Virus record (IMG/VR): IMGVR_UViG_3300020048_000037
Direction: 5' to 3' (one strand)
Origin: an uncultured virus (IMG/VR IMGVR_UViG_3300020048_000037)
Taxonomy: Duplodnaviria; Heunggongvirae; Uroviricota; Caudoviricetes
Length of the DNA: 64,000 nucleotides
In this document: positions 30,806 through 41,520 of the stretch, piece after piece
How the letters are laid out: every line of letters begins with the position of its first letter
Position numbering within the stretch: the first letter of the stretch is position 1
The notes under the pieces: generated by a model
What the model was told of the DNA's origin: nothing
Database searches by the model: none
The model's input: only the letters and a program-made list of their open reading frames with translations
Position numbers and translations under genes: made by a program

Positions 30806-30960
30806 AATATAATATCATCTGTTTTTATTCTATTTTCAATAGCAAAATCTAATAATAATTTTTCGATTAAATTACTTTTATTAGTTGTTAATTGTTCTAT
30901 TTTTTTCAAAAGTTCTCTATCAATTGAAATCGTTTTTTTTATTTTTTGTTTATTATACAT
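30802..30960 (-). CDS. Small RHH-like protein (type B, cassette 2)
   Basis: MYNKQKIKKTISIDRELLKKIEQLTTNKSNLIEKLLLDFAIENRIKTDDIIL*; close homolog of 4638..4799. Confidence 0.75.
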   Translation of the reverse strand: MYNKQKIKKTISIDRELLKKIEQLTTNKSNLIEKLLLDFAIENRIKTDDIIL

Positions 30961-31091
30961 GATTATTTGTTTTTTATAGTATATATAAAAATAATAAAAA
31001 TCAAAAAAATACATTTTTAGAGTTATTTTAATTATATTTTAAACTTTTTTTTATAAAAATGATAAAATATATAAAGAAAACAATAAACAGA

Positions 31092-31256
31092 ATGGCAAGA
31101 AAAAAATTATTAGATGAAGAAAAAAAAACTCATATTAATATTAATATTAATAAATTACTTTTAGATAGACTGTATAGTTTAAATAACAACAGATCAAAAT
31201 TAATTGAGAATTTACTACAAAAATATGTGGATATAAATAAAGATAAACTAATATGA
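31092..31256 (+). CDS. Small RHH-like protein (type A, cassette 2)
   Basis: MARKKLLDEEKKTHINININ..NRSKLIENLL. Confidence 0.75.
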   Translation: MARKKLLDEEKKTHINININKLLLDRLYSLNNNRSKLIENLLQKYVDINKDKLI

Positions 31257-32071
31257 CATTTATAAATACTGCACTTTCATATACGGGAAGTAAGCATAAA
31301 CTTTTATCACAACTTATATCTGAAATGGATTACTCCAAATCATACTTCATTGATCTTTTTGCTGGTAGTGGTGTTGTTGGATTTAATGTTGTTAATAAAT
31401 ATGAAAAAATACTACTCAACGATATAATTAAGGATTTAATTGGTATACATAAAGAAATTATATATGATTTTGATGATTTTGTAGGTAAAGTTAAATTTTT
31501 ATGCGTAAGTAAAGACGACCAAGATGGATTTAATAAGTTAAGAAAAGACTATAATGAAAACAATTCACCAGAACACCTATATGCTCTACTATTGTGCTCC
31601 ACCAACAATATGCTAAGATATTCTAAATCAATGATTTACAATCAGACTTTTGGTAAAAGAACATTTAATTCTTCAACTCAAAAGAAATTAGATTTATTTA
31701 TTGAATATATTACACCATATAAAAACAAATTATACTTTTCATCAAATCATTTTTCAAATGTAAAAATTATTAAGCCAAGTATGGTTTATATTGATTCTCC
31801 ATATACAAACTCAGAAGCTGGATATAATAATTTTTGGTTAAAAGATGATGATGAGAAACTATATAATTATTGTAAAGATTTAGATAGAAACGGACACTCA
31901 TTTATGCTATCTGGTATTTTGGGTGAGCACAAAAATGGAAAAAGGTGGAAACTTATAGATGATTTAATATCTGATGGATATAGATATAAAATTTTAGATT
32001 TTGATTATGAAAAAGTAGCAAGAAATAAAAACACAAAAAATTCACAAGAAGTTATCATAATGAATTATTAA
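31253..32071 (+). CDS. dam: DNA adenine methyltransferase (Dam/D12 class)
   Basis: YTGSKHKL, DLFAGSG, VYIDSPY (DPPY variant), EVIIMNY. Confidence 0.88.
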   Translation: MTFINTALSYTGSKHKLLSQLISEMDYSKSYFIDLFAGSGVVGFNVVNKYEKILLNDIIKDLIGIHKEIIYDFDDFVGKVKFLCVSKDDQDGFNKLRKDYNENNSPEHLYALLLCSTNNMLRYSKSMIYNQTFGKRTFNSSTQKKLDLFIEYITPYKNKLYFSSNHFSNVKIIKPSMVYIDSPYTNSEAGYNNFWLKDDDEKLYNYCKDLDRNGHSFMLSGILGEHKNGKRWKLIDDLISDGYRYKILDFDYEKVARNKNTKNSQEVIIMNY

Positions 32072-32134
32072 AAATAGACATCAATTTGATGCCTATTTTT
32101 TTTTATATATAGTGTAAATTATATCTATAAAATT

Positions 32135-33400
32135 ATGGCAATATTAAAAATACCAGGTGATAGAACATCAATTAACACGACTGGAGTAGAATCTTCTAAT
32201 GTATCATCTTCACTAAGTGGAAATATGGACTTAATAAAATCACAGACAGCTCAAATTAGTAAAGATTATATTAATATTAAAAATGCTACTAGAATATTAG
32301 AAAATTATTCAAATTGGAATGGTTATATTAAACTATACACAGAAATACAAAGTAATTTTGTAGTTGATGATATAGTTTATATAACATACACATCAGATAT
32401 TACAGGAGCTACAATTTTTAATATTGAAAATCCTTCAGTTCCTGATGAAGCAGGAAATAGATTTTATTTAGGATATAAAGTTTTATATGTAAATCAATAT
32501 AAAAATGAAGTTGTGATAAATAGATATTATGATGATATAAAACCTGTTGGTTCAACATTAAACTATCAATATATTAGTAAAATATCATGTAGAGGAGGTT
32601 ATTTATACCAAGATGTGTCTGATGGAGTATTATTTAATAACTGCAATATTATTAATCCTGGATTTGCAACAATAGAAGGTATAATAAGTGGTAGTACAGG
32701 AGTGTTAGTAGGAGCATTAGTTACTATTGCAGGGACAAATTTAATTACAACAACAGATTCAAATGGTCACTACATTTTAAATTCTATAGAAGGAGAAAAT
32801 ATAATAAAAGTAAAATACGACGGATATATTACAACTGGATTTACAATAAATATAAGTACAGAAACTAATATTACACAAAACATAACTTTAGTACCTGGAA
32901 CAAATAATATTAATATATCAATAACATCACCAACTGGTACAACCACACCATATAATATACTTTTAAATAATAATTTTGTTAACTTCACATCAACAAATAC
33001 AGGGTTTACAAAATATATCGATTATAAATGGTATATATCTGGTTCTACAACTACTATTGGTACAAATAGTAATATACTTCAATATAATAACTTTATAAAT
33101 AATGATGTAGTTTATTGTGAGATTACAGATAGAGATTTTGGTGATATCTCTAATAGTAATAGTATTTCTATTATAACTTCACTTGGTATAAGTTTTGCTG
33201 TAAGTGATATCTTTGCGCCATTTATTTGTAATAATCCTAATCCATCACCTTATTATCCAAATGATTTAGATTTTTCAACTGCTACTAAATTATACAATAG
33301 TGATAAATCATTTGCAGCAAATGGTTATTATGGTTATGATCATAAGGTTAGAATAATTAGTGATAATAACGGTACATTAGTAGATTATTCTACATGTTAA
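32135..33400 (+). CDS. Putative virion structural protein with carboxypeptidase-regulatory-like beta domain
   Basis: GALVTIAGT..TTTDSNGHY..VKYDGY; Thr/Asn-rich. Confidence 0.55.
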   Translation: MAILKIPGDRTSINTTGVESSNVSSSLSGNMDLIKSQTAQISKDYINIKNATRILENYSNWNGYIKLYTEIQSNFVVDDIVYITYTSDITGATIFNIENPSVPDEAGNRFYLGYKVLYVNQYKNEVVINRYYDDIKPVGSTLNYQYISKISCRGGYLYQDVSDGVLFNNCNIINPGFATIEGIISGSTGVLVGALVTIAGTNLITTTDSNGHYILNSIEGENIIKVKYDGYITTGFTINISTETNITQNITLVPGTNNINISITSPTGTTTPYNILLNNNFVNFTSTNTGFTKYIDYKWYISGSTTTIGTNSNILQYNNFINNDVVYCEITDRDFGDISNSNSISIITSLGISFAVSDIFAPFICNNPNPSPYYPNDLDFSTATKLYNSDKSFAANGYYGYDHKVRIISDNNGTLVDYSTC

Positions 33401-33403
33401 ATA

Positions 33404-33437
33404 AAAAATCTCTTTACTAATTAGTAAAGAGATTTTT
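33404..33437. terminator. Bidirectional terminator
   Basis: AAAAATCTCTTTACTAATTAGTAAAGAGATTTTT palindrome between convergent genes. Confidence 0.75.
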
Positions 33438-33707
33438 TGTTATTTGATTTAGTTTTTCACTTCTCATATATTTCAAACAAGCAGTATGGTTATTTAACAA
33501 TTTCCTTATTTTTGATGTTGTTAAAGAATCTGGTATTTTATATATTCTTTTATGTGTTGCAATATCAATTCTTTCTATAAATCCAATTCTTCTGATAAGA
33601 ATAAGATATTGTTCACCAGTACTTGATAAACCAGATTCATAGAACAATTTTCTTGTAAATAAATCATTATTATTAACAAATTTTTTAACATCATCCCATT
33701 CACTCAT
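33417..33707 (-). CDS. Hypothetical protein, RxxK tag
   Basis: MRSEKLNQI. Confidence 0.65.
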   Translation of the reverse strand: MSEWDDVKKFVNNNDLFTRKLFYESGLSSTGEQYLILIRRIGFIERIDIATHKRIYKIPDSLTTSKIRKLLNNHTACLKYMRSEKLNQITKNLFTN

Positions 33708-33882
33708 TATTCCACTTTTTATTTAAATTTTTAATTTTTTCTTTTCTTTCTGCTTTAAGAAGAGTTCTTTTTATTTTTAAATTGAATTCTATCATTGCTT
33801 TTTCATATAATTCTTTTGGATAAATTCTACCATTACAATTAGTAGGCATAGGATTAAAATCAAATATTAATTTTGGTTTCAT
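33700..33882 (-). CDS. Mini-protein resembling part of T4 gp21 prohead protease, RxxK tag
   Basis: NCNGRIYPKELYEKAM vs NRNxRxYP of gp21; ERKEKIKNL. Confidence 0.5.
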   Translation of the reverse strand: MKPKLIFDFNPMPTNCNGRIYPKELYEKAMIEFNLKIKRTLLKAERKEKIKNLNKKWNNE

Positions 33883-33886
33883 GATT

Positions 33887-34138
33887 TTATTTATAAAAAA
33901 TATTGTTTAATTTATTTTTACGTTCTAATCTTAATTCTGTTTTAAAATAGTTCTTAATAAAATCAAAATTTGATCCATCATATATAGTTTTCAATTTAAT
34001 CATTGCCTTTTTTTGTTTACGAAGACTTATATTATTTAATGGTACTGTATATTTTGATACCGCACTACAACCATCATATTCAACATCAACTGTAATAAAC
34101 ATATCTTTATCTATTGGTAGTTTTATTATTATGTTCAT
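33887..34138 (-). CDS. Hypothetical protein, RxxK tag
   Basis: ERKNKLNNI. Confidence 0.65.
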   Translation of the reverse strand: MNIIIKLPIDKDMFITVDVEYDGCSAVSKYTVPLNNISLRKQKKAMIKLKTIYDGSNFDFIKNYFKTELRLERKNKLNNIFYK

Positions 34139-34945
34139 TTACCACTGTATTATATTATAATGTAAACCAAATCCTACACTCCATCCAAATTGTGTGTTTC
34201 CTAGATTTGGATCAGAACTTAATCCAAATCCAACGTATGGTCCTATACCCCATTTCTTTAATTTAACTGGTTTCTGAATTTGTTTATCAATGAAATAACC
34301 ACCTGTTAAATCAGTAAATGTAATTTTATCAGATTTTGAAATTGCGAAAACTTGATATTTATCTTTTAATTCTTTAAATCCATAAGTAACTTTAATTGTA
34401 GTCAAATTAGTATCAAGAACTGTTACATCAGGTTTAATTCTCCATTCATTAGTAGTAGTATTTGGAATAGCATAAAATTTACTTCTACCAGAAATTTTTT
34501 GTTGAAGTCCACTATCTACATAATTTGTAGTAAACTTCAATGCATAATGTCTACTAGCACTATCTAAAACTTCTAAATCGTTAGTTCCTGTTAGTCCACC
34601 TAAATCTGCTTGAGCACCAGTCTGAATTGCAGATAAAACATCTCCTTTAACTTTTTTTAGTTGATCTGACAATGATTTATTATATTGTTCTAAGTCAGAT
34701 AATTTATTTAAAACAAAATTATCTTTAGTAGCTTCATAAGCATTTAATTTTTTATTAAATGTAGTAGTTATACTATCAGTCATTGCTTTAATATTTTGGC
34801 TATTTATTTTCTCTTGTCTTTTGCTATTTACTCTTTCAGTATTTAATGTAGAACATGTTTGAAAAAGTAATACTGAAAGTATTATAATAGCAACAAAAAA
34901 TAAATATGTATAGTATTTTTTTATAAAATCTAAAATTTTAGTCAT
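34139..34945 (-). CDS. Membrane-anchored protein, possible spanin-like
   Basis: N-terminal TM ending LFQTC, coiled coil, C-terminal amphipathic beta strands WGIGPYVGFG..GWSVGFGLHY. Confidence 0.45.
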   Translation of the reverse strand: MTKILDFIKKYYTYLFFVAIIILSVLLFQTCSTLNTERVNSKRQEKINSQNIKAMTDSITTTFNKKLNAYEATKDNFVLNKLSDLEQYNKSLSDQLKKVKGDVLSAIQTGAQADLGGLTGTNDLEVLDSASRHYALKFTTNYVDSGLQQKISGRSKFYAIPNTTTNEWRIKPDVTVLDTNLTTIKVTYGFKELKDKYQVFAISKSDKITFTDLTGGYFIDKQIQKPVKLKKWGIGPYVGFGLSSDPNLGNTQFGWSVGFGLHYNIIQW

Positions 34946-34980
34946 AGGTATTTTATTATTTTTTCTAAGAAAAGTTTATT

Positions 34981-35349
34981 TTATTGAATGAAATTATTAT
35001 TTTTAATTTCTGGTTTATTATAATCAACACCGTTTAATGTACCATAATGAAACTTTCCACCACCAAAATAACCTTGAAAATTTCCACCATAAAAATGTCC
35101 ATTAGTCCAAGATTCATTATATTGATATAATTCAACATAAACTGAGAAATCACCAATATCATTAACAGTCACAACACAATTATTATTAGTTCCAATTAAT
35201 GTTATAGTAGCACCAGAATTTGAAACTAGATATAGATACCATTTATATACAGAATTAGGTAAATCATTCTCATCAATATAAAAATTAATTATTTGACCAG
35301 ATGAAAATGTTATTCCTGATGGTACACTTTTTATTATAGGATTTGGCAT
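34981..35349 (-). CDS. Hypothetical, probably structural
   Basis: Ig-like start plus GxFxG repeats. Confidence 0.6.
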   Translation of the reverse strand: MPNPIIKSVPSGITFSSGQIINFYIDENDLPNSVYKWYLYLVSNSGATITLIGTNNNCVVTVNDIGDFSVYVELYQYNESWTNGHFYGGNFQGYFGGGKFHYGTLNGVDYNKPEIKNNNFIQ

Positions 35350-35434
35350 TATTTAAATTATTTTTATTATTTTTTATTATTATCATATTTTTAGAAAAAG
35401 AGTCAAATTAAATTTATGAAATCATCAAACTAAT

Positions 35435-37300
35435 TTATAAACAATAAATTATTTTTGTAAATGTCCATGAGACTCCGCCATTATCATAAAATTGACTAGC
35501 ATTATCACCTGAAATTAGATCATCATAAAATATAACTCTATTATTTATAGTAGAAACATCACCAATTTCCATATCAACTATCACATCATTTATTTTAATT
35601 ACTTTCCAACAAGTACTAATCAATTCACTAATTGATGTATAACCACTAATATAAAAACTAATATCATCTACTTGGTTTTCACCAATTGCTGTTAATGTGA
35701 TTGTTGTATTATCATAAGGATCAGAAATATCATAATTTAATGGATTATCAACTGCTGTTAATTTAAAATATAATACAGCATTTGGATAAATATTATATCC
35801 ATAAAGATTCACCAAATTATTACCATAAGCATAGTTAATTGGTATATATGTTCCTCCGCTAGAAGTAGAATAACTAGTTATTCCAGAAATAGCAGGATAT
35901 GTCATATTATAACTCATACTAAGATTATTTAAAGACGTTCTTGTTATACTATTTATTGTTATTGTTATGCCGCTAGTGGTTGTGGTTGTAGTTGTAGTTG
36001 GTGCTAATGTAGTTGTAGTTGTTGTAGTAGTTGGTGCTAATGTAGTTGTAGTAGTTGTAGTTGTACCAGACATAGTTGTGGTTGTGGTTGTAGTTGGTGT
36101 AGCAACATTAAATGATAAAGAGTTAGATATACCAGAATTTATTACTGTTGTAGTAAATTCTCCATCATTCCAATATCCGTCATACCAACGACAATTAAAC
36201 ATATCACCATCAGTATAAACGCCATATTTAAAAGTACATCCTGTTGAATAACAGTTTGTAAAATTACCATCTTTAATTGTCAAACCAGTGAATGTACTAT
36301 TTCTAAATGCACCATTATGAATAACTAAAGAATTATAACCATATATATTAGTATAATTACCATTATATATATCACCATTATTGAATATCATATTTTGATA
36401 TGTACCATTATAAAAATTCCCACCTGAAACTAACATATTTACAATATTACCATTATATACATTAGCATTAATTATATTATAATTTAAATAATCATCAGTA
36501 TCAAAATTTCCTCCTTTTATATCAGTGTTTCCATTAACTGAACAATTATAAAAATCACCATCATTAATAATAATAGATTTAGTATTACCAGACAGTAAAA
36601 TATCTGAAAAATCACCGCCATTAATAAAACCACCATTAAATTCAGAGTTACTATATGTACCTCCATTAAAAACGCCATCTTTAAAAATACAATTTTGGAA
36701 ATCCCCATAACGAAATAATCCAGAAAGAAAAATAGTAGGAGATAATGTTCCGGAAAAATAACCGCCATTAATAGTACCACCAGACCAAACTGAACTATTA
36801 AATGTACCACCATTAAATATACCATCTAACCAACCATATGGATTATCAAATACACCACTATTCCAAACACCAATCCAAGGTTTTGTCCAAACAAATGGTG
36901 TATTATCATTTTGCCAAAATCCATCATTCCATTCATTAGATTTATCTACATCACAATCTATGAAAATACCATTATTAATTATGTAATTAAAAATTGTACA
37001 ACCACTAAAATATCCATCATTAATATAATTTGTTACACCACTATTACCAGTTATTATACAATTAATAAATCTTCCAGTTTCAATATTACAATTTATTAAG
37101 TTAGTATTTTCACAAATATTATAATATGTATGATCATCTGACATAATAGTTGATGTTTGAGATGTAGTAGAATTGATATCATTAGAAAATTTAGATATAT
37201 AATTACCATTTGTTAAAATAGATTTTATATCTACATATTTATCTATAAAATCCATACCATAGACATTAGTGTTTTTAAAAACTCCTTGAGTTACTTTCAT
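35435..37300 (-). CDS. Beta-helix repeat protein with Thr-rich linker (putative virion fibre)
   Basis: Many GxF/xxGxF repeats; (T)n-LAP-(T)n tract. Confidence 0.65.
   Translation of the reverse strand: MKVTQGVFKNTNVYGMDFIDKYVDIKSILTNGNYISKFSNDINSTTSQTSTIMSDDHTYYNICENTNLINCNIETGRFINCIITGNSGVTNYINDGYFSGCTIFNYIINNGIFIDCDVDKSNEWNDGFWQNDNTPFVWTKPWIGVWNSGVFDNPYGWLDGIFNGGTFNSSVWSGGTINGGYFSGTLSPTIFLSGLFRYGDFQNCIFKDGVFNGGTYSNSEFNGGFINGGDFSDILLSGNTKSIIINDGDFYNCSVNGNTDIKGGNFDTDDYLNYNIINANVYNGNIVNMLVSGGNFYNGTYQNMIFNNGDIYNGNYTNIYGYNSLVIHNGAFRNSTFTGLTIKDGNFTNCYSTGCTFKYGVYTDGDMFNCRWYDGYWNDGEFTTTVINSGISNSLSFNVATPTTTTTTTMSGTTTTTTTTLAPTTTTTTTTLAPTTTTTTTTSGITITINSITRTSLNNLSMSYNMTYPAISGITSYSTSSGGTYIPINYAYGNNLVNLYGYNIYPNAVLYFKLTAVDNPLNYDISDPYDNTTITLTAIGENQVDDISFYISGYTSISELISTCWKVIKINDVIVDMEIGDVSTINNRVIFYDDLISGDNASQFYDNGGVSWTFTKIIYCL
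35975..36100 (-). repeat. Coding low-complexity Thr repeats
   Basis: ACA/ACT/ACC tracts with duplicated TTAGCACCA unit. Confidence 0.85.
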
Positions 37301-37375
37301 TTAAAATTATTACTTTTTCATTATTATATATAAAAAAATTTAACTTATAAATAAAAAAAAATTATATATACTTAT

Positions 37376-37735
37376 ATGGGAAATGATGAAAGAAAAAAAG
37401 TTGTAGAAGCAGCATTAGTGGATTCATTTGTAGAAGAATACAAATCATATAAAAACACTATAAACTTAATTAATAATGATTTGTCTGATAAAAATATTAA
37501 TTTTCAATATACATATGATGAATTTTGTATTAATTTTTTATCTTATACATTAAATTCAATCGATAGTGTTGATATATTCGATTTCGATAGATATGAAGAA
37601 TTTTATTCAAACTTTTTGAAATTTAATCTATACAACTTAAAAAATATGTTATCAGACAAACTAAATGAACTTGGTTATAAATATGAAGATATTTATGGAT
37701 ATAATATTATTAAATTTCAGTCATTTTTAAAATAA
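37376..37735 (+). CDS. Hypothetical protein
   Basis: ORF preceded by TATATA box. Confidence 0.65.
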   Translation: MGNDERKKVVEAALVDSFVEEYKSYKNTINLINNDLSDKNINFQYTYDEFCINFLSYTLNSIDSVDIFDFDRYEEFYSNFLKFNLYNLKNMLSDKLNELGYKYEDIYGYNIIKFQSFLK

Positions 37736-37743
37736 TAACAAAT

Positions 37744-38091
37744 ATGAAATTCGAACCAACTATAAAACCAATAAGTAAATTTTTAAAATATTTTCTAATG
37801 TCAGGTGTCATTGGTATAACTCTATGTCCATTTGGTATTTATGTTAAAAATATTAATAACAAAAGTACGATAGATCACGAAAAAATACATTGGCAACAAC
37901 AATTAGAAATGCTAATAATTTTTTTTTATATATGGTATTTGATAGAGTGGTTTATAAGATTGATTTTTCAAAAAAATGCATATAGAAACATATCTTTTGA
38001 AAGAGAGGCATACAATAATAGTGGCAATTTAAATTATTTAGAAGACAGAAAAAGATTTTCATGGATTAAATATATTTTTAAAAATAATTGA
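37744..38091 (+). CDS. Membrane protein with HExxH motif
   Basis: GITLCPFGI..HEKIHWQQQLE..AYRNISFEREAY. Confidence 0.75.
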   Translation: MKFEPTIKPISKFLKYFLMSGVIGITLCPFGIYVKNINNKSTIDHEKIHWQQQLEMLIIFFYIWYLIEWFIRLIFQKNAYRNISFEREAYNNSGNLNYLEDRKRFSWIKYIFKNN

Positions 38092-38197
38092 AACTTTTTA
38101 TATATTCACATATATAATTATTATAAATGTTTTGGATATTTAGTATTTAGAATATTTATCAGGCTTAAAGGCTTACACAAAAAAAAAATCAAAGGCA

Positions 38198-39169
38198 ATG
38201 AAAGAATTTGAAAATGTCGATTTATTCGACGTAATTGACGCACAAAGTGAAACACTAGATTTTCTAGAAAAAAAAGGTGGTAGTTTAGATGGTATTTACC
38301 GTCCAAAAATTACTGACAAAAAGAAAGGTTATATTTCTACTATTAGATTTCTACCAAATCTAACAAGAGAAGGAAAACTAGCTCTACCTGCAATTGAAAA
38401 ACATCAACATTATGTTGATTTTAAAAATCACCCAGAATTACAAGGTTACTATGATTGTAATAAAAATTTCACAGATAAATGTGATATTTGTACAATGTAT
38501 TGGAAACTTAAAAACTCTAAAAATGCATCTGATGTAGAAAAGGCTGAATTAATAAGTCGTAGCACTAAATACTACTCTTACATTTTAGTGATTGAAGATG
38601 AACAAAATCGTGAGTTAGAAGGTAAAATTTTGATTTATCCTTATGGTTACAAAATAAAAGAAAAAATCAAAGATCAAAAAGATGGTATATCCGGAGAGGC
38701 AAATAATGTTTTCGATTTAGGAAATGGAAAAAATTTTAGACTTGTTATGAAACAATTAGGAGAATTTCCTAATTATGATTCAAGCACATTTTTAGAAGTT
38801 TCACCTATTCAAATTATGGGACCAAAAGGATTAGTTAAAGTTCCTGTTGATGTAGATGAAAAAACTGGAAAAAATAGAATTACAAACGATAAAGTTAAGG
38901 AAAAAGTATTTAAATTCTTATCTGAACGTACAGTTGAACTTTCAGAACACCAACCAAAAGAATGGACATCTGAAGATAGATATAAAATATCTCAAGTACT
39001 TGATATAATTTCTGGAAATGAAACTACAATGATGAAAAATGAAGCATCTAATTCATTTAATGATAATGTTTCTACAAAGGAACCAAAACATAATAATGAA
39101 GATACTTTTGGAGAAGATGATATCGATGATGCAGAAGATTTCTTTAATATTGATACAAACGAAGAATAA
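38198..39169 (+). CDS. Single-stranded DNA-binding protein, T4 gp32-like
   Basis: IRFLP, C..C.IC, YILVIED..EGK, FDL..GKNF.L, NYDSS.F, acidic C-tail. Confidence 0.85.
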   Translation: MKEFENVDLFDVIDAQSETLDFLEKKGGSLDGIYRPKITDKKKGYISTIRFLPNLTREGKLALPAIEKHQHYVDFKNHPELQGYYDCNKNFTDKCDICTMYWKLKNSKNASDVEKAELISRSTKYYSYILVIEDEQNRELEGKILIYPYGYKIKEKIKDQKDGISGEANNVFDLGNGKNFRLVMKQLGEFPNYDSSTFLEVSPIQIMGPKGLVKVPVDVDEKTGKNRITNDKVKEKVFKFLSERTVELSEHQPKEWTSEDRYKISQVLDIISGNETTMMKNEASNSFNDNVSTKEPKHNNEDTFGEDDIDDAEDFFNIDTNEE

Positions 39170-39191
39170 TTAAAATTTAATTATTAAATAA

Positions 39192-39225
39192 AAAAAGAAA
39201 CCACTAATTAGTGGTTTCTTTTTTT
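39192..39225. terminator. Bidirectional terminator
   Basis: AAAAGAAACCACTAATTAGTGGTTTCTTTT. Confidence 0.8.
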
Positions 39226-39464
39226 TATTTTTTGATGAACCATTTATATGCACCATATGCAATTGATGTAAAAATCCAAAGTCCCAATAATGTTTCAGCA
39301 ACAACAATTTCTTCATGTCCATAAACAATAGAATATGATAATAGTATTACTATATAATTAATAATCATAAACCAGTTTTTTTTGAACCATGCAATAAATT
39401 TATTAAATAAAGATATACATGTATCTTTAACTTTTTTTAAAAATAATTTAATTTTTTCTAACAT
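39225..39464 (-). CDS. Small membrane protein
   Basis: Two TM segments. Confidence 0.65.
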   Translation of the reverse strand: MLEKIKLFLKKVKDTCISLFNKFIAWFKKNWFMIINYIVILLSYSIVYGHEEIVVAETLLGLWIFTSIAYGAYKWFIKK

Positions 39465-39510
39465 AATTTTTTATTTATATATTAATATTTTAATGTCCTA
39501 ATATATTTAA

Positions 39511-39550
39511 AAAAACAAAAACCATACTATTACAGTATGGTTTTTGTTTT
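39511..39550 (-). terminator. Intrinsic terminator
   Basis: AAAACAAAAACCATACT..AGTATGGTTTTTGTTTT. Confidence 0.75.
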
Positions 39551-39566
39551 TCATTTTCTAATATTT

Positions 39567-40271
39567 TTAAGTTCCTAAAACACGTAATTGATTTGTTGTT
39601 ACAATAGGTGCTCCTGTTAATGTTGCATATGTAGCAGTAATATTCACATATTGTGTTGGTAAACCAGCAGCAATTGTAGCTAAACCTGCAGTACTTAATG
39701 TTACTCCAGTATGGCTAGATGACCATGTTGTCATAGCTAATGCTGATAAATTAACACTAGTAGGAGTACTAGTTAATGTGTATTGTAATGTAGTTCCTGT
39801 TGTACCACTAGCACTTGGACTAGTTAATGTAACTGGACCTGGCCAATATCCTGTCACAGCAGTTGAACCGGTAGGACCATCATTATGTGTAACTGTAATT
39901 GTTGTTGAGCCTGTATGAATAACACTAACAATACCTGCTGTACTTACTGTTGTTATTCCGGTATTTGAACTTGCAAATAAGCTTTCAGAAATAACATCAA
40001 CACCATCTTGGTTAACAACAACCAATTGTAATGTTTGTCCTGAATATTTATATGAAATTGTTGGTGTTACAAATATAGCTGTTGTTACAGAATCCTCAAA
40101 TATTATAGCTGATGCAGTTTCAGCAGTATTTCCTGATAATTTATAATGTCCACTATTGTCTTTAATATAGTGAAAATATAAATCTTCATCTAAGCTTTCT
40201 ATGGCTGTTATACCTGATAGTTGTTCGTTATTTACATAAAACGAATCTCTTGTTAATGTTCTTATTCTCAT
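39567..40271 (-). CDS. Ig-like (Big_2-type) domain virion protein
   Basis: FASSNTGITTVSTAGIVS..GSTTITVT; WSSS..VTLSTAGLAT. Confidence 0.75.
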   Translation of the reverse strand: MRIRTLTRDSFYVNNEQLSGITAIESLDEDLYFHYIKDNSGHYKLSGNTAETASAIIFEDSVTTAIFVTPTISYKYSGQTLQLVVVNQDGVDVISESLFASSNTGITTVSTAGIVSVIHTGSTTITVTHNDGPTGSTAVTGYWPGPVTLTSPSASGTTGTTLQYTLTSTPTSVNLSALAMTTWSSSHTGVTLSTAGLATIAAGLPTQYVNITATYATLTGAPIVTTNQLRVLGT

Positions 40272-40396
40272 TTTTTTTAAATTATTTTTNNNNNNNNNNT
40301 TATAGATTTTTATTTATATATTAAATAAAAAAAATCATTTTTTATCAAATTATAATTTCTACTATTTATTTTTAATATATATAAATAAAAATATTT

Positions 40397-40660
40397 GTGA
40401 TAACCAAATTTAATATATTTGAAAATAATTTTAATAATAATTTTAACAAAGGTGACATAGTAAAATGTATAAATAGTGATGTTGATGCTATAATAGAAGG
40501 TGAATTATATAAAATACAATTTATAAGTAACTCAACAAATGTGATTAATTTAATTGAAGAACCAGCTTTCGGGTTTAATAAAAATAGATTCAAATTAGCA
40601 ACAAAAGATGAAATAGAATTATATAATATGAAAAAAACAACAGACAAATTTAACTTATGA
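40397..40660 (+). CDS. Dual-tag family, GDxV member (GTG start)
   Basis: MITKFNIFE...DKFNL*. Confidence 0.75.
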   Translation: MITKFNIFENNFNNNFNKGDIVKCINSDVDAIIEGELYKIQFISNSTNVINLIEEPAFGFNKNRFKLATKDEIELYNMKKTTDKFNL

Positions 40661-41520
40661 AATACTTAAAAACATATAATATTTTTGAGAAAACATCATT
40701 ATTGAATATAGGAGTTCCAATTTCTGTTATGAAAAGTATGCAGAAAAATTATGAAATATCAAGTGATGCAGAATGGCAATTATTAAAAACAAAAAAAGAT
40801 ATTATTAAATATTTAACAGACACTGGAAACAATTTGATAATTTCTATTTGTAAAGAAAATATATTTGTTTCATTTACTTATGACTCAGAATATTATATGG
40901 AAACATTTGAATTATCTGAAAATGATGATTTCGGTAACATAAAATGGAGCAAAGTAAATAGAGTAAAAACAACAATAACTGATATATTAAGTAGCATAAA
41001 AAGAGTATGTAAATCATATGTAATTGTATCAGGTGGTTGGTTACCTGATTATTCTTCAGAGAGAAAATTAAAAAAATCAGAAGTAGACTTTGATGATTTC
41101 ACAAATAAATTTAAAATTGATTTTGCTGAAAACTTCACAAGAATAGTTAAAAAAATATATGGTAAAAAAGCTAATATAGTATCTGATATTATTGTAAATC
41201 ATTTGAAAAATATTCAAAATGATTTAAGTGATGAAGAAATTAGAGAAATATTATATCTTAATGTAGATAGAGCAAAAGATGTTGATTCATTTAAACAAAA
41301 ATCAAAAGATAAAGATCCATATAAAATTTACAATAAAATTATACGTGATAATAGCTTGACTATCTTTGATGAATTTTTAATTTCGTTTGAAGATGAAATG
41401 TCAGATAAATATAAAGAATACTTAAATATTAATTTAATGTGTGAAATATACTCAAGAGATAAAATATTTACTGCTTTTTGCTATTATTTATATTCACAAA
41501 AAATAATGGACTTAAAATGA
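40657..41520 (+). CDS. N-tag family protein
   Basis: MKYLKTYNIFE; no C-tag. Confidence 0.8.
   Translation: MKYLKTYNIFEKTSLLNIGVPISVMKSMQKNYEISSDAEWQLLKTKKDIIKYLTDTGNNLIISICKENIFVSFTYDSEYYMETFELSENDDFGNIKWSKVNRVKTTITDILSSIKRVCKSYVIVSGGWLPDYSSERKLKKSEVDFDDFTNKFKIDFAENFTRIVKKIYGKKANIVSDIIVNHLKNIQNDLSDEEIREILYLNVDRAKDVDSFKQKSKDKDPYKIYNKIIRDNSLTIFDEFLISFEDEMSDKYKEYLNINLMCEIYSRDKIFTAFCYYLYSQKIMDLK

Noticed and set aside
35967..36218. Poly-Val ORF on + strand
   Set aside because: Antisense shadow of the Thr-rich linker of 35435..37300.
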